Origin: Cirrosporium novae-zelandiae
Lineage: Eukaryota
Length of the DNA: 64,000 nucleotides
Direction: 5' to 3'
Assembly: GCA_026023565.1 (NCBI GenBank)
Contig: JAPETS010000003.1
Coordinates: forward strand, 1,240,001-1,304,000
Shown here: one piece after another, positions 10,337-21,338 of the stretch
Layout of the letters: each line of letters starts with the position of its first letter
Position numbering within the stretch: the first letter of the stretch is position 1
Made by a program: the position numbers and the translations under genes
Notes under the pieces: generated by a model
Seen by the model: the letters and a program-made list of their open reading frames with translations, nothing else
Told to the model about the DNA's origin: nothing
Database searches by the model: none

Positions 10337-13300
10337 GTTGACGAATTACTCAGATTTGCAACTTTGAAAGCGGAAAAAAAAGCGAAGTGTGTCTGACAAA
10401 GCTGTCAACTAGTTACTGTGTGGTGGTTTGAGAGCATTCATCCATTTGTCGTTAAGAATATGGCTAGACGAGAATTCTGTAAAGTTGGTGAGCTGTGAAG
10501 TGAGGCGTGTGGTTAAGGGAGAATTGTGAGGTAGATGGATCCTGGCACAATAAGCAAATGCCTTTACCTGTCCACAAAAGCACTGTGCATGCGATGGACC
10601 GATGGCAGTGGAAAACATATGATACTTTTTAAGTTTATAGAAGATATCAACTTTGGTTTCTTTAGCATTTGGAACTTCCGAAAGTTGAATAGTCCGGTGC
10701 GCTTAGACGGCGTTTAATATTTGGTCCAAGCTTATTCCAACGACTAGGCACGCTACTTAGTAGACACGCTAGACAAAGAATAGAAAGTAACAGGCGAGAG
10801 ACTCCAGGTATGTTGGTACCTAAGGCATTAGATATCGAGAGCACACCTCAAGCACCCAAGGTACCCCCAACTTGCAGCGGGATCCTGAGATATTCCCGCT
10901 CCGTCCGTTGTATTTTCCTCTGGGTGTTTGCTACACGGCCTTCAGCGTCAAATGCATTGTCAATCATCAAGATCCAATGGCGCGGGAATCCCGACATGCA
11001 TCCGCGTGTCAGTGTGTCACTATGTCGACGCAGCACCTAATCTCAACATCTGAACGACTTGTAACCGACCTTGGATTCCTAGACAACTTTTATTCTTTTC
11101 ACTCATCTTGGTCTCTTCAGTGGATATATCATTTGATGCAAAGTACCGGATGCATACATAGCCTTCTACTTTCTATGGATTTGATTTTTTTCCAACTTAA
11201 ACAGCTCTTGCATCTGCAGATGGCTGTTTTTCTCCTTGGCGAGTCAAGCTCACCAATCCTGCTCATCTAATTTTGCTTTTTGTTTGCCGTTATTTGTTAC
11301 TCGATGTCCTACAGCCGCAGAACATCTCATCTCATATATCCTCTAATTTCCGTCGGGAGTTTCACCGTTCTAGCTGTCAGAGAATGCCCTCCCCGGTACC
11401 AGGTTACCAGACCTTTTACCAAGCACTCTTTGCTTTGGAACCCCTTGCAAGAAAGCACTGTTTGAGGCTTCGAGCCCATTCCTCCCTACACCCAGACTTA
11501 GGTCTAGCCTTCAACATAGGACTCACGAGTGAGGAGTTACATGTCAAAAGGACTGGATGGTTAAACTTGCCTCACCTCCACTGACCGTTACACTTAGATG
11601 CAAACATCCCCTCGGTTTCTACAATAGCGGTGCATGAGCAATGACGGTGAACCTTTCTTCCATAGCAATCATATCCGATGATCCGGGTCGACCGGAATGC
11701 TCGACACCTTCCCCCCTTGGCCAAAGAATGCTGGGAATCGGCGCCCTTGGCTTGTCGAATACTAAAACCAGGGGATGGTAGCTTGCAGAATAATCATCAC
11801 GGAAGAAAAACCAACTCCACCATACTTTGTCTGTCGTTGGACTTGTTCGGGACCTTGCTGGCTTCGGAAGAGGAGGGAAAGTTGTGAGGGGACTGGTCTT
11901 GGGTGTAGTTTCTAGCCCGATGGAGGATGAAACTCTTGTGTATGAAGGACATACATAAAGGAGCAAGACCTCTGTTCACACTGTTCTTGCAATTTCGAAT
12001 TCAGCGCACTTGGAAGCAAAAATCATCCACGATCTAATTGTTAGCTCTTGTGTGTCTCAAACAATTCCCTGAAGCATTGATTATCTTGATAACGTCGATT
12101 GAACTCCACTTCCCTTCCCATTACTTTTACCGAAAACGTTATCTTCATAAACCAAAATGAGCATCCAGCAGTCCCTATCAACGTGTATCCGCGCGGACTG
12201 TCTCTTCCCCGCTGAACCGACATCTCTCGGCTACAGTGAGTTAGTCTGCTCAAGAGATGATAGCGAACCCAATAATCCTCCTCCACCGCCACCACCAAGC
12301 CCTTCAAAGTGAAGTACCCTCCGTTGTAGGAGGGGAAGCGACTTAGGAATTTCATAACCAGTAGGTCCTTTCGACAGGAGTCATGCTATGCAATGTTCTA
12401 AATGATAGGCTAATCCTGAGCTTGAAAAGGTGTTATTAGTAGGAGGGCAGGTACCTCCAGCTTTACTAGAGGCTCGGGCGATTGGTGTTGCGTTTCCTTT
12501 GTGGGTTTTCCGCGGGCGAACATGGGCAAACGTGGATACATTATTGCCTCGCAGAGCGCCATGCATCTGTCTTGGGGATTTCCACAGTCTTTTTCGCATT
12601 CATATGGTGCTGGCGGCGATCTCTCTTCTCGCAAGGATTTCGACTGTCTTGTTCCTCCTCGGGAACTCGGCTCCGCACTGCGTCTATTTTATGCGTTATC
12701 GATGCGAGGCAATTCTATAAAAAACCGAGGATATTTCTTGCTGGGGACTTGATAAACTAAAGAAGATTGGATGGCGGTCGTTGGGGAGAGAGACATTCTA
12801 TCCTCGCGTTATCTACTCTCTCGGCTCAAACTTTGAGGAATTCGATAGATAAGAGAATAGACTAGATCGTATGATTATTTTATTCTGCTTCCTAATTCTA
12901 GTTATCCTACTGGATAAAAAGGAGGCTAGCACGCACTTCTATTCCCATACAGGTTCACTCCTTTCCCTGAGCTATTTTTTTTAATCCTTGAGACCTCTTT
13001 ACTCAAGCAGCATGAATGCCCACACCTCCTACTTTCATCTATCCGCTAAGAAACCTAAATACCAACAAAGACATAATTCAATAGAAAAAATGAAGAAATA
13101 ACAACTTCCCTATGACATGTTCTGAAAGAAGAAGCTATCACTTTTAGAGATAATAAAAGAAGAAAATAATAGGACTTATACATTAGAGGTAAAGTCTGAA
13201 AGGTCTAAAGCACCATACACATTTAAACAAGTTAGGTAACAAGAAATCAATTCCTTAAGAGCTAGAAATATTTAACCTCTTTTTTAAAAAGAGATAGCAT

Positions 13301-13487
13301 ATGGCATTTATAGCTACTGTAACAAAAAACCCGCAGAGACGCCTAACTAGAGCATTGTCTGCGTGTAAGTGTAGTGCTAGTGCTATGACAAGTTCCAATC
13401 TTCAAAAAAAATTCTATACATGTATTTCATAAGTACATCCACACCATCGTTAATCGCCTTCACCTTTACCATCACCTTCTAGCTCCT

Positions 13488-14227
13488 TTAAATAAATAGC
13501 GCCAATGCTAAGCTAGCGACAACGCTCGCACCCACAGCTGTCCATCCGGTCTGCATCACCATCTTATTGTTGATTGTCTTTCCCATATCCCACATAAGAT
13601 GCCTAAGCCCATTGAAGCTATGGAATGTAAAGGGGAGCGCGAGGCTCATCTTCACAGCTACCTTAGCCAGCAGCGGCCAAGCCCCAAAAGCAGCGGCCAG
13701 AGCAGCAGACTCGAGATGCCAACCAAAGAGGGGAGCGACGAGGTAAGCAGTTGCGAAGACATACATGCCGCCGGAGAGGATGCTGCCAGTGATACGATTG
13801 AACATACTGGGGACCCAGGTTATCTGGGGTTTGTAGACGGTGAGGTGGGGAGAGACAGGACGGTTCTTGCGCTGTTCGACGAGAATGGAGTAGGCTTCAT
13901 CTTCTTTCATGTTTTGGGTAGCGACATATCTAATTAGTGAGAGATATCAGATGATTGCTATGGCGATCATGGGGGAGGAAGAAAAACATGTGAATATCTA
14001 AGAGTCATACCGAGTCTGGACGATGCTCTTCGGAGATGCGGAGATGATGGCAGCAGGTCGAGTAGTGCGGGATATAGCGAGGACGGAGGATTGGGATGCA
14101 GCAACTACAATTCATCTCATTGTCAGCCATTCAATAGTTATATACCATTGAATGGGTTTTAAGATTGAAAGGAATCCAAGAGCTTACGTCTTCTCAGAGA
14201 CCGCTGGACGGTTCGTTGAGCCAACAT
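13488..14227 (-). CDS. SDH3: Succinate dehydrogenase cytochrome b560 subunit; exons 14227-14188, 14104-14011, 13929-13488
   Basis: RPVSPHLTVYKPQ, SMFNRITG, FHSFNGLRHLMWD. Arg/Ser-rich presequence MLAQRTVQRSLRRL. Two canonical introns join in frame. Confidence 0.95.
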
Positions 14228-14524
14228 GATTGTAGATGTTCAGATGTGAGGTATTTCTTCTCTTTTCAGACTTCAATATTAGATATCTGTAAGGACCAAG
14301 CTTATCGATTGCCCTTTCCCGTATTATAAGAATGAAATACAACCAAACACTAGTGAAAAGAAGAGTGGAGAGTGTAATAAAGGAAAGATGATGAGATAGT
14401 ATGAGCAAACCTTCTCAAGTTCTCTCTGATATTATTAGCCGAGCATCGGATATCTACTCTTCGGTCAATCAATTCTTCTCGGGAGCATCGGCTAACGCTA
14501 AAACCCCTCTTCTTCCCTGGGGGG

Positions 14525-14547
14525 CCAATGAGAAGCCCGGTAATTAC
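14525..14547 (+). promoter_or_regulatory. Candidate bipartite CCAAT-binding-complex/HapX element upstream of SDH3
   Basis: CCAAT-gagaagcccggt-AAT-TAC fits CSAAT-N12-RWT with an overlapping TKAN, about 300 bp from the SDH3 ATG. Confidence 0.5.
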
Positions 14548-15070
14548 CTAGGTGCCTTACAATGTATCTCCGGCCTCAGGCTGCCGAAAACTACCCTGCA
14601 CACGGAGGCCAAGGCCCGATAGAGCTTTGTCACCTGCCACGCCACACACAAAAACTCTGCTTCCTTTCTTCTTGCTCTCTTCTTTCTTTTATAATAATCA
14701 AGGACCTTCTCGTCTTAACACCTCTACTTTCGGGTATGATGAGGACAGATCAAGATATTTACTCCTTTTTGACGTCTTGTCGAAATGCATGAGGTAATCT
14801 TCATTAGAAGTTCCTAGAAGGACGGGCCCGTCGTTAATCGCACTTTCCATGAAAATATTCCCGTGGTGGAAGGTGTTTCATAACAGGGCTACAGTTAATA
14901 CCAAGTTAATTATATTGATTCATTAAATCTATATTCCTCACTTTTCGACGACTGTCATCTGTACGCGTCCGCTCATGGGCAGTTTAACAGCTGTACAATA
15001 TTCCGTGCTACTCACCCCTTAAATATTATTTATTAACTTTACCTTCCCATTCCAAGTCCCAACAATTTCG

Positions 15071-18000
15071 TCAACTAACTTTTTCAAAATTACTCCACTG
15101 GCATTTACATCCTCCACTCCCGCCATCAATCCCCCCTGGCCCTCCTTCCGCATATGTCACATTAACATTCCCAAAAGGACCCTGTGCTGGATTCACCAAC
15201 TGACCTCCAAAACCCCGATATTCGAGCTGTATCTTCTTCTCGCTTTTGACTATCTCTTCTTGATTATTCATCCCATAGCAATATATCATCTTCTTGTGGA
15301 TATTGCCGCCGTGGCGGTCAAGTGTAATAGTTACAGGGTATGGAAATGAACCTGGACGAGTAAAGTTGTTGGCCGAGGAGGATAAGATGTCGGAAAATGA
15401 TGTAGAGGTAGACTGGCTTGCAGACGACGTGGCCGTTGACGTCGTGGAGCTTTTTGTGCTTTGAAGCAGCTCGCTAGAGTTTTCAAGATTCGTCCAGATC
15501 TGTACAAGAAATCGTGTCTGCGCCCAGGTACAACGGACATTTGCTTCCGACTTTGTGGAACCACCATTTTCGTCATCCGAAACCTCGCTTGCATCTGAAG
15601 AGTTCAACAGGGCTGTTGACTTGAGAAAAATCGACCGATCGAAATAGTTGTAGAAACCATAATGCTCAGTTGGGAGGCCACGATCGTAAAGTCGTAGTGG
15701 CTGAGAGCTTGGAGTTGGGAGGATATTTGCGGCGGCTGCAGTTCCATCCGAGTCAACGTCTGGAGCTGGGATGGAGTCGGTCAGGTCAGGAAAATCACTA
15801 CTGTTAGACGAACTGTCCCTCTGCTGAAGCCTCTTAGTTAACCGTGACGAGGGAATTTTGGTTGATGATAAAAAGGTGATGTAAAATGGTGTTGCTTCGC
15901 CTTGGAATGGCTCGGTATTGTTATCAGTAGTATTTCCCAAAAACATCTGGTCTTCAAAACTTGGAGCAAGGGGTGATGTGACGAATAACTCATTGGAGAG
16001 AGCATCTCGAGCTCGTACTTTAGTTGAGGTAGTATCGTTCGATGATGTAGTATTCGTGATCGTTTGGTTCTTAAATCTGATTTCTAGCCTAAAATTTGGC
16101 TGGTCTGGCTGATTCGGGGCGATAGAGCCTTGCTGCTCCTTTGGTACCGCACAACTCCAGAGAGTCGCAGGATGAACGCACCCGGTATTTTCAACAAGGG
16201 CTTGAGGTTGGGCGATGGTGGAAATTCCGGTTGGAATAGGTGGAAAACCAGTAATATTCATCCATTCCGATTCAACTGGAGTACCGTCACCTTTCCTAGT
16301 TAACGTCATAACAAGCACTACAATGATAACGATCATTATTAGTAGACCTGTGAAGATTCCCATGTACATAATTTTCTTCTTTCTAGTCTTAGGGGCAGCT
16401 TTTGAAAAACATCCTTTCCTTTTTGGTTTCCGTTCTTCGTCCCATGGATATGGTTCAACAATTTCTCTTGCTGCAGTAGGTTCCTTCTCCGTGTTTGTGT
16501 TGATATTGAATTGGTCATCTTCAATGTCATCGGTTGCGCCAATGAAAGGCATATTTCTTGCAGGAGCTGGCCTTGGGCGTAGATATGTGTGATTAGTATC
16601 TTGGCTTCCTTCAATATCATTCGAGTGGGTAACCTCATTCAGAGGTATATTTCCTCTGGTAGTCATCGCTCGCTGTAATCCCGGAGAAATAGGTTCTGGT
16701 GAAAGTGGTGTAGGAGCTGTACGAGGAGGGGAATAGGGTGGTGGGATGACTACAGTTTGATTCCCTGATTGTGGTTCAGGATCTAGGGACCTTTCACGTA
16801 GCTCTCGATGTTCAGCTCTTGATGGTACTGTGGAAATAGGAGAAGACGCTTGAATAAAAGTCGCCCGTCGCGCTCGACGGACATTCGGTGAAATATCAGG
16901 TTCATCATCAATCTCTGTAGTTGCATCACTGTTTGCTCTTTCTCGAGAGCTAGTAGGCTGCGCAAAGGCCGCAGAAAATCGATTCGATGGTAATTGAGCG
17001 AAGGAAGCTTGCGACTCGTGACTCTTTTTGTGTGAAACATCAATTTCTTCGTTAGTATCAGCTTCCAGCTCACTGGGAGGTTCCGGGTCGGGGCTGTCTT
17101 TATTTCGAACGTCGGTTCCTAGGTTGAGAGCGCCTTTTTCTTTCGGAGAAGCCTCTAAGTTATGATCTTCTTTGGTCGGCCTGTCCATTTCCTTGCCTTC
17201 CACATCAGTTTCTCTGTTAGCTCCGTCAATTTCTTCTTCCGTCTCATCAGCGTCACTACCCGCCCCGTCTATTTCTTCGTCCACATCACCAAGTTCTTTG
17301 TTTAAATCGCCTAGCCCTCCCCTAGTAGTAGGAGATGCCAATTTAGTGAATGAACCACGGTGGTCAGCCACATCAGAATATGAACATGTATGATTCATAC
17401 ACTCAAAATAGGCATAGGGGAAATTTTGATCGTGACGACATGCTGTATAATACTCCACGGCAGCTCCAATTGTGGGGATGCTATCACTTGTCTGTAATGA
17501 CCAAAAGGGACCATTTTCATCATGTATATCACCTTCTTTCTCAAGAACGCTCCGTGATGCTGTGTCACTGGGACCTACCTTTTCTCTATTTCTCTCCCAT
17601 TCACTCATATCGGTCCAGATACTACTACATCTACTTGGGTTTTGTGGGTCCTGGGTCGGCCATTTGGTCAGTCTCTTCTCGTCCTCTGAGAATGGCGTTT
17701 GTAGCCCCTTATCTTGTGGACTTAAAGTGGCTGTGCTCTTTCTAGTCCATCCCGTATTCGATCGGCTAAGGAATGGTGTTGTAATGATATTCCACCAACC
17801 AACACTAGCATGGCTCCTCCGCAGACTTGAGAGGGATTCCAGAGAAAGGGTGCGTCTTCTATTAAAAGTCCAAGAATTATCGTTATTATCAAACAATATT
17901 CCAGTAGAGTAAGTTCTTTTTCGCGATGTTACAGAGTAATCATCATCGATGATGGATGAAGAGATATTGTCATCGGTTACAGACCGAGTAAGCGTGTCCC

Positions 18001-18850
18001 ACCGCCGTTTGACATCTTCAGGTAATTTGGGAACTGGTGGAGTCGTCGATGCGCGCTTTATGCCTACTATTGGTGTGGCTTGGGAGTATATGCTGGACGA
18101 CGGCCTTTGTCGAAGAGTAGTTTTGTCTCTAGACCAGGCAGGTTCCTCGGCTGCAGGTGTGATAAGGATGGATGGAGTGGCAGGAGTGGTGGGATCTTGT
18201 CTTTGTGTATTGAAATCCCCAAAAGTCGAGTCAACAGCCAAGCCGATTGGAATCGGTCTATCTGAAGGGGATAGCTCGTTTATTTTCTCTTGCCCGGTAG
18301 ACGAAGAAGATTTTCTCTTTGTATGCGATTCCAGGGTACTGTTTTGAGGTATTTTGTCCCCCTCAACAGAACTATCTTTTGAGAACCGTTGCCCCTCCCT
18401 AGATTCTTCATCCAACCCTTGGTATAGGGCTCGTCGTGGTTTTGGTTGCTTCTTGGAACGAAAACCTATCCCCCGACCGCTATCCCATAGGCGTAAAGGG
18501 GGACGATTTCGTTGTCTAAATGGGTTTGTTTCTTGTCGTAAGGCTCCATCGCTTTGGCTAGAAGGTTTAGCGTCACCCAGAGCCTTCAGATCTGCCAGAT
18601 CAACAAAACCAGCTGGGTGCATATTTGTCGTTTGATCCTTTTCCGGAGTCTGAACATTTGCTAGATCAAATTCAGTGACTAGGTTTAAACCAGGTCGTCC
18701 GACTTCCTTTCTTCTTCCTTCATTAAGTCTCTGGGCTGTTCCCATCGGCCTGTCGAGACGACTCTTTATATTATCATGGAAGCTCCGGCCAGGCTCATTC
18801 TTTAGCACGCCGTTGTGGGATGTATTTGTGGTCTTATTCAAACGAAGCAT
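15071..18850 (-). CDS. Uncharacterised 1259-aa single-pass membrane protein
   Basis: Long intact ORF. Basic patch KTRKKK precedes a hydrophobic helix (IMYMGIFTGLLIMIVIIVVLVMTL). Cys-containing C-terminal region with N-glycosylation sequons; disordered Ser/acidic N-terminus. Confidence 0.88.
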   Translation of the reverse strand: MLRLNKTTNTSHNGVLKNEPGRSFHDNIKSRLDRPMGTAQRLNEGRRKEVGRPGLNLVTEFDLANVQTPEKDQTTNMHPAGFVDLADLKALGDAKPSSQSDGALRQETNPFRQRNRPPLRLWDSGRGIGFRSKKQPKPRRALYQGLDEESREGQRFSKDSSVEGDKIPQNSTLESHTKRKSSSSTGQEKINELSPSDRPIPIGLAVDSTFGDFNTQRQDPTTPATPSILITPAAEEPAWSRDKTTLRQRPSSSIYSQATPIVGIKRASTTPPVPKLPEDVKRRWDTLTRSVTDDNISSSIIDDDYSVTSRKRTYSTGILFDNNDNSWTFNRRRTLSLESLSSLRRSHASVGWWNIITTPFLSRSNTGWTRKSTATLSPQDKGLQTPFSEDEKRLTKWPTQDPQNPSRCSSIWTDMSEWERNREKVGPSDTASRSVLEKEGDIHDENGPFWSLQTSDSIPTIGAAVEYYTACRHDQNFPYAYFECMNHTCSYSDVADHRGSFTKLASPTTRGGLGDLNKELGDVDEEIDGAGSDADETEEEIDGANRETDVEGKEMDRPTKEDHNLEASPKEKGALNLGTDVRNKDSPDPEPPSELEADTNEEIDVSHKKSHESQASFAQLPSNRFSAAFAQPTSSRERANSDATTEIDDEPDISPNVRRARRATFIQASSPISTVPSRAEHRELRERSLDPEPQSGNQTVVIPPPYSPPRTAPTPLSPEPISPGLQRAMTTRGNIPLNEVTHSNDIEGSQDTNHTYLRPRPAPARNMPFIGATDDIEDDQFNINTNTEKEPTAAREIVEPYPWDEERKPKRKGCFSKAAPKTRKKKIMYMGIFTGLLIMIVIIVVLVMTLTRKGDGTPVESEWMNITGFPPIPTGISTIAQPQALVENTGCVHPATLWSCAVPKEQQGSIAPNQPDQPNFRLEIRFKNQTITNTTSSNDTTSTKVRARDALSNELFVTSPLAPSFEDQMFLGNTTDNNTEPFQGEATPFYITFLSSTKIPSSRLTKRLQQRDSSSNSSDFPDLTDSIPAPDVDSDGTAAAANILPTPSSQPLRLYDRGLPTEHYGFYNYFDRSIFLKSTALLNSSDASEVSDDENGGSTKSEANVRCTWAQTRFLVQIWTNLENSSELLQSTKSSTTSTATSSASQSTSTSFSDILSSSANNFTRPGSFPYPVTITLDRHGGNIHKKMIYCYGMNNQEEIVKSEKKIQLEYRGFGGQLVNPAQGPFGNVNVTYAEGGPGGIDGGSGGCKCQWSNFEKVS

Positions 18851-21338
18851 TGAAGAAGATCCTATCGCAAGATTATCGACCTAAGCTTCCTAGTAATTCG
18901 ATAGAAGATATTTCCTCTTCGAAGTATATGGGCTTCGTAACTTGAAAAATTATATGGGGGATCAATGCCAATAAGACGGCAATCACATAGGAATTCGTTC
19001 TTGAGACTCTAGTAGGTATGTTAGCACCAAAATCGCTACCAGGAAAAACTCAAGTGACATACTCCAGCTGTGTAAAAGATCAAGAGTATCTAAACAACTG
19101 ATTGAGCAATTTAGAAAGTTGGCAAGCATACGTTGCATGTGTTAGTCAAAGGTCTGTTGTTGTGATCTAGAATCCAGCTCTAGAATAGTAAATGAAACGA
19201 AAAAAACAAGACAAAGAAATACTGGTAACACAGCAAGAACATCCAAGGTTAAGTATAGAGAGATAGAAGGAAAGAGCATCTCGAACTTGAATCTTTAGAC
19301 CCGGAAAATTCGAGACACGTAGAAATAAAGTGAGTCAGTTCAAAAGAAGTAGTATGTTCAAAGGTCCATCCTTCGACCTGTGGCCGACAATAGTAGCGGG
19401 AAGCCTCTCCAACTCAACAATCGATCGAATAAAGAGCCTAGATTTAATTGTTTCGATCGTTTGAAAGACGCAAGCGCCGCATCCACACCATAGAACTAGG
19501 AAATGATTGGGCAATGGCAGGTTATTCTGTTACAGATTCCTTGGAGTGGCAGATTCCAGATTTATCTGCAGGGCAAGGAAGGTTAGGCGGCTTTTGCACC
19601 ATGAATCCATAATACAAGATCATGGGCGCTTACAGGAATCAAACATCAAGTTTAAAAGATGAAAGGTTGGCTCTCAAGTCATATTCGCTAAAGGCTGTAA
19701 CATCGCGCCAAATCACCAAGTCATGTGCCTTGTCCTAATAATAGATTAGATGGATTTTTCGACTTCATCTTTCTGATCAGAGGAATAATAAAACTAGAAA
19801 TATATTGTCAGATGTTCGATTCTGTTATCATCTTGTTATATTTTGTTAGATGCGCCCTTGCCAAGTAAAGAGAATACGGGCAGCTACATTAGATGCCTAT
19901 TTAACTAACCTAACTACCTTATTCCTTAGAACGGGGGGATACAAGCAAAAAACCAAGTCTGGTCTTTATTCGGATAATTATTTGAACCAGTCATGACCTT
20001 TAATTAACACTACTTGCCCTTTTTGATTGTTGATGGTTACTCTGTAGAAATTTGAAAATTATTACATTTGTTGTTGTTTCCTTCTTAAGGCCAAGGACCT
20101 TATTCCAGTACTCACTCACCCCCCCCGAATATTTGCCAACGAGAGTCTTGGAACCTTAGGTCTCAGATGAGGTAGGATGGTGGTGTAGGCGTGCGTATGG
20201 CGTACACGGCGTGGTAAGGAGGTGATGGAGGCTGGCGACCGAATAATTAACTGTGTATCCTTTGTAATTGATTAATTATATACTTTGTAGACAATGACTA
20301 TCTAAGTACAGTACATAGATTAAATCTTTCAGGATGAGTGGAATGAATTGAGATAAAAGACTAGGTAGGATATAACTATTTGGGTACTTAGGTAGTTAAA
20401 ATTTATGTAATTTTCTACATTTTTTCTAGAATTGATTGGCTTTTTATTTCTTTTTCTTCTTTCGTTCCGTCCATGTTGCCTTTGATCTCGGATTCCGCTT
20501 TTCGCAGTTTCCCATCACCCTCACAACTCTTTCAGTTTTGGTTCGGCTTTGCACCCTTTGCACCTACCTGGCATGACACCGCCTGGCCCTTGAACCACCG
20601 ACAACCACCACCATCCGGTCTTTCAACCTTTGACTTTCGTTATCAGGGCTCTTTGCTCTCAACCATTTCACAAGGTCCTCTTCGACACCTTCAATGAGTG
20701 CCTGGTCACTCGATTTCAATCTCTGTGTCCCTCTCCTGTCCCTCCTTGCTTCTACGATCGTCGGAGATGAGATTAATGAGTGAATGGCGCTAGCCTACGA
20801 TTGAACAGATAGTGCACATTGAACTCTGGTCAATACCCCCATAGTGATCCAAGATCTTCAAATTACCTTAAGCCCACTTCCTCCCTTTACAACAAGGCCG
20901 GATTTTTCGACACACAAGCCGGCTTAGCTTTCTCTCGCTGATGATAACGGTATCCGTGTGACGTTCACTTGAACATAATTCTTGCCTTAACTTCTTCAGC
21001 ACACGTCTCACTTTGCAGACCGAAACCCTTCCGTCTTCGCCTCCTTACCTCGAACTAACCCTTGGTTACTCGGACTACAACCTTTTCATTGAATTACCGT
21101 TGCTCAAGATATCCCCTATCGCCAACGTGCTACCAAGCTGGCGTCCCAACCATCACCCGCAACTTTCACAAGCTCTCATAGAAGAAGGCAGTCTGCTGTG
21201 CCTTTAAAAGTACGACCAGTAGAGTTTGAGAGAGAGCATCCGCCAGGTTATCAGCTGGGATCCACAACAGGGATAGAGGCAGAGGGTTCTGCACAACCTG
21301 CGCAACCTTTGTCGCCTATCCCTCCTACTCCACAGGAA

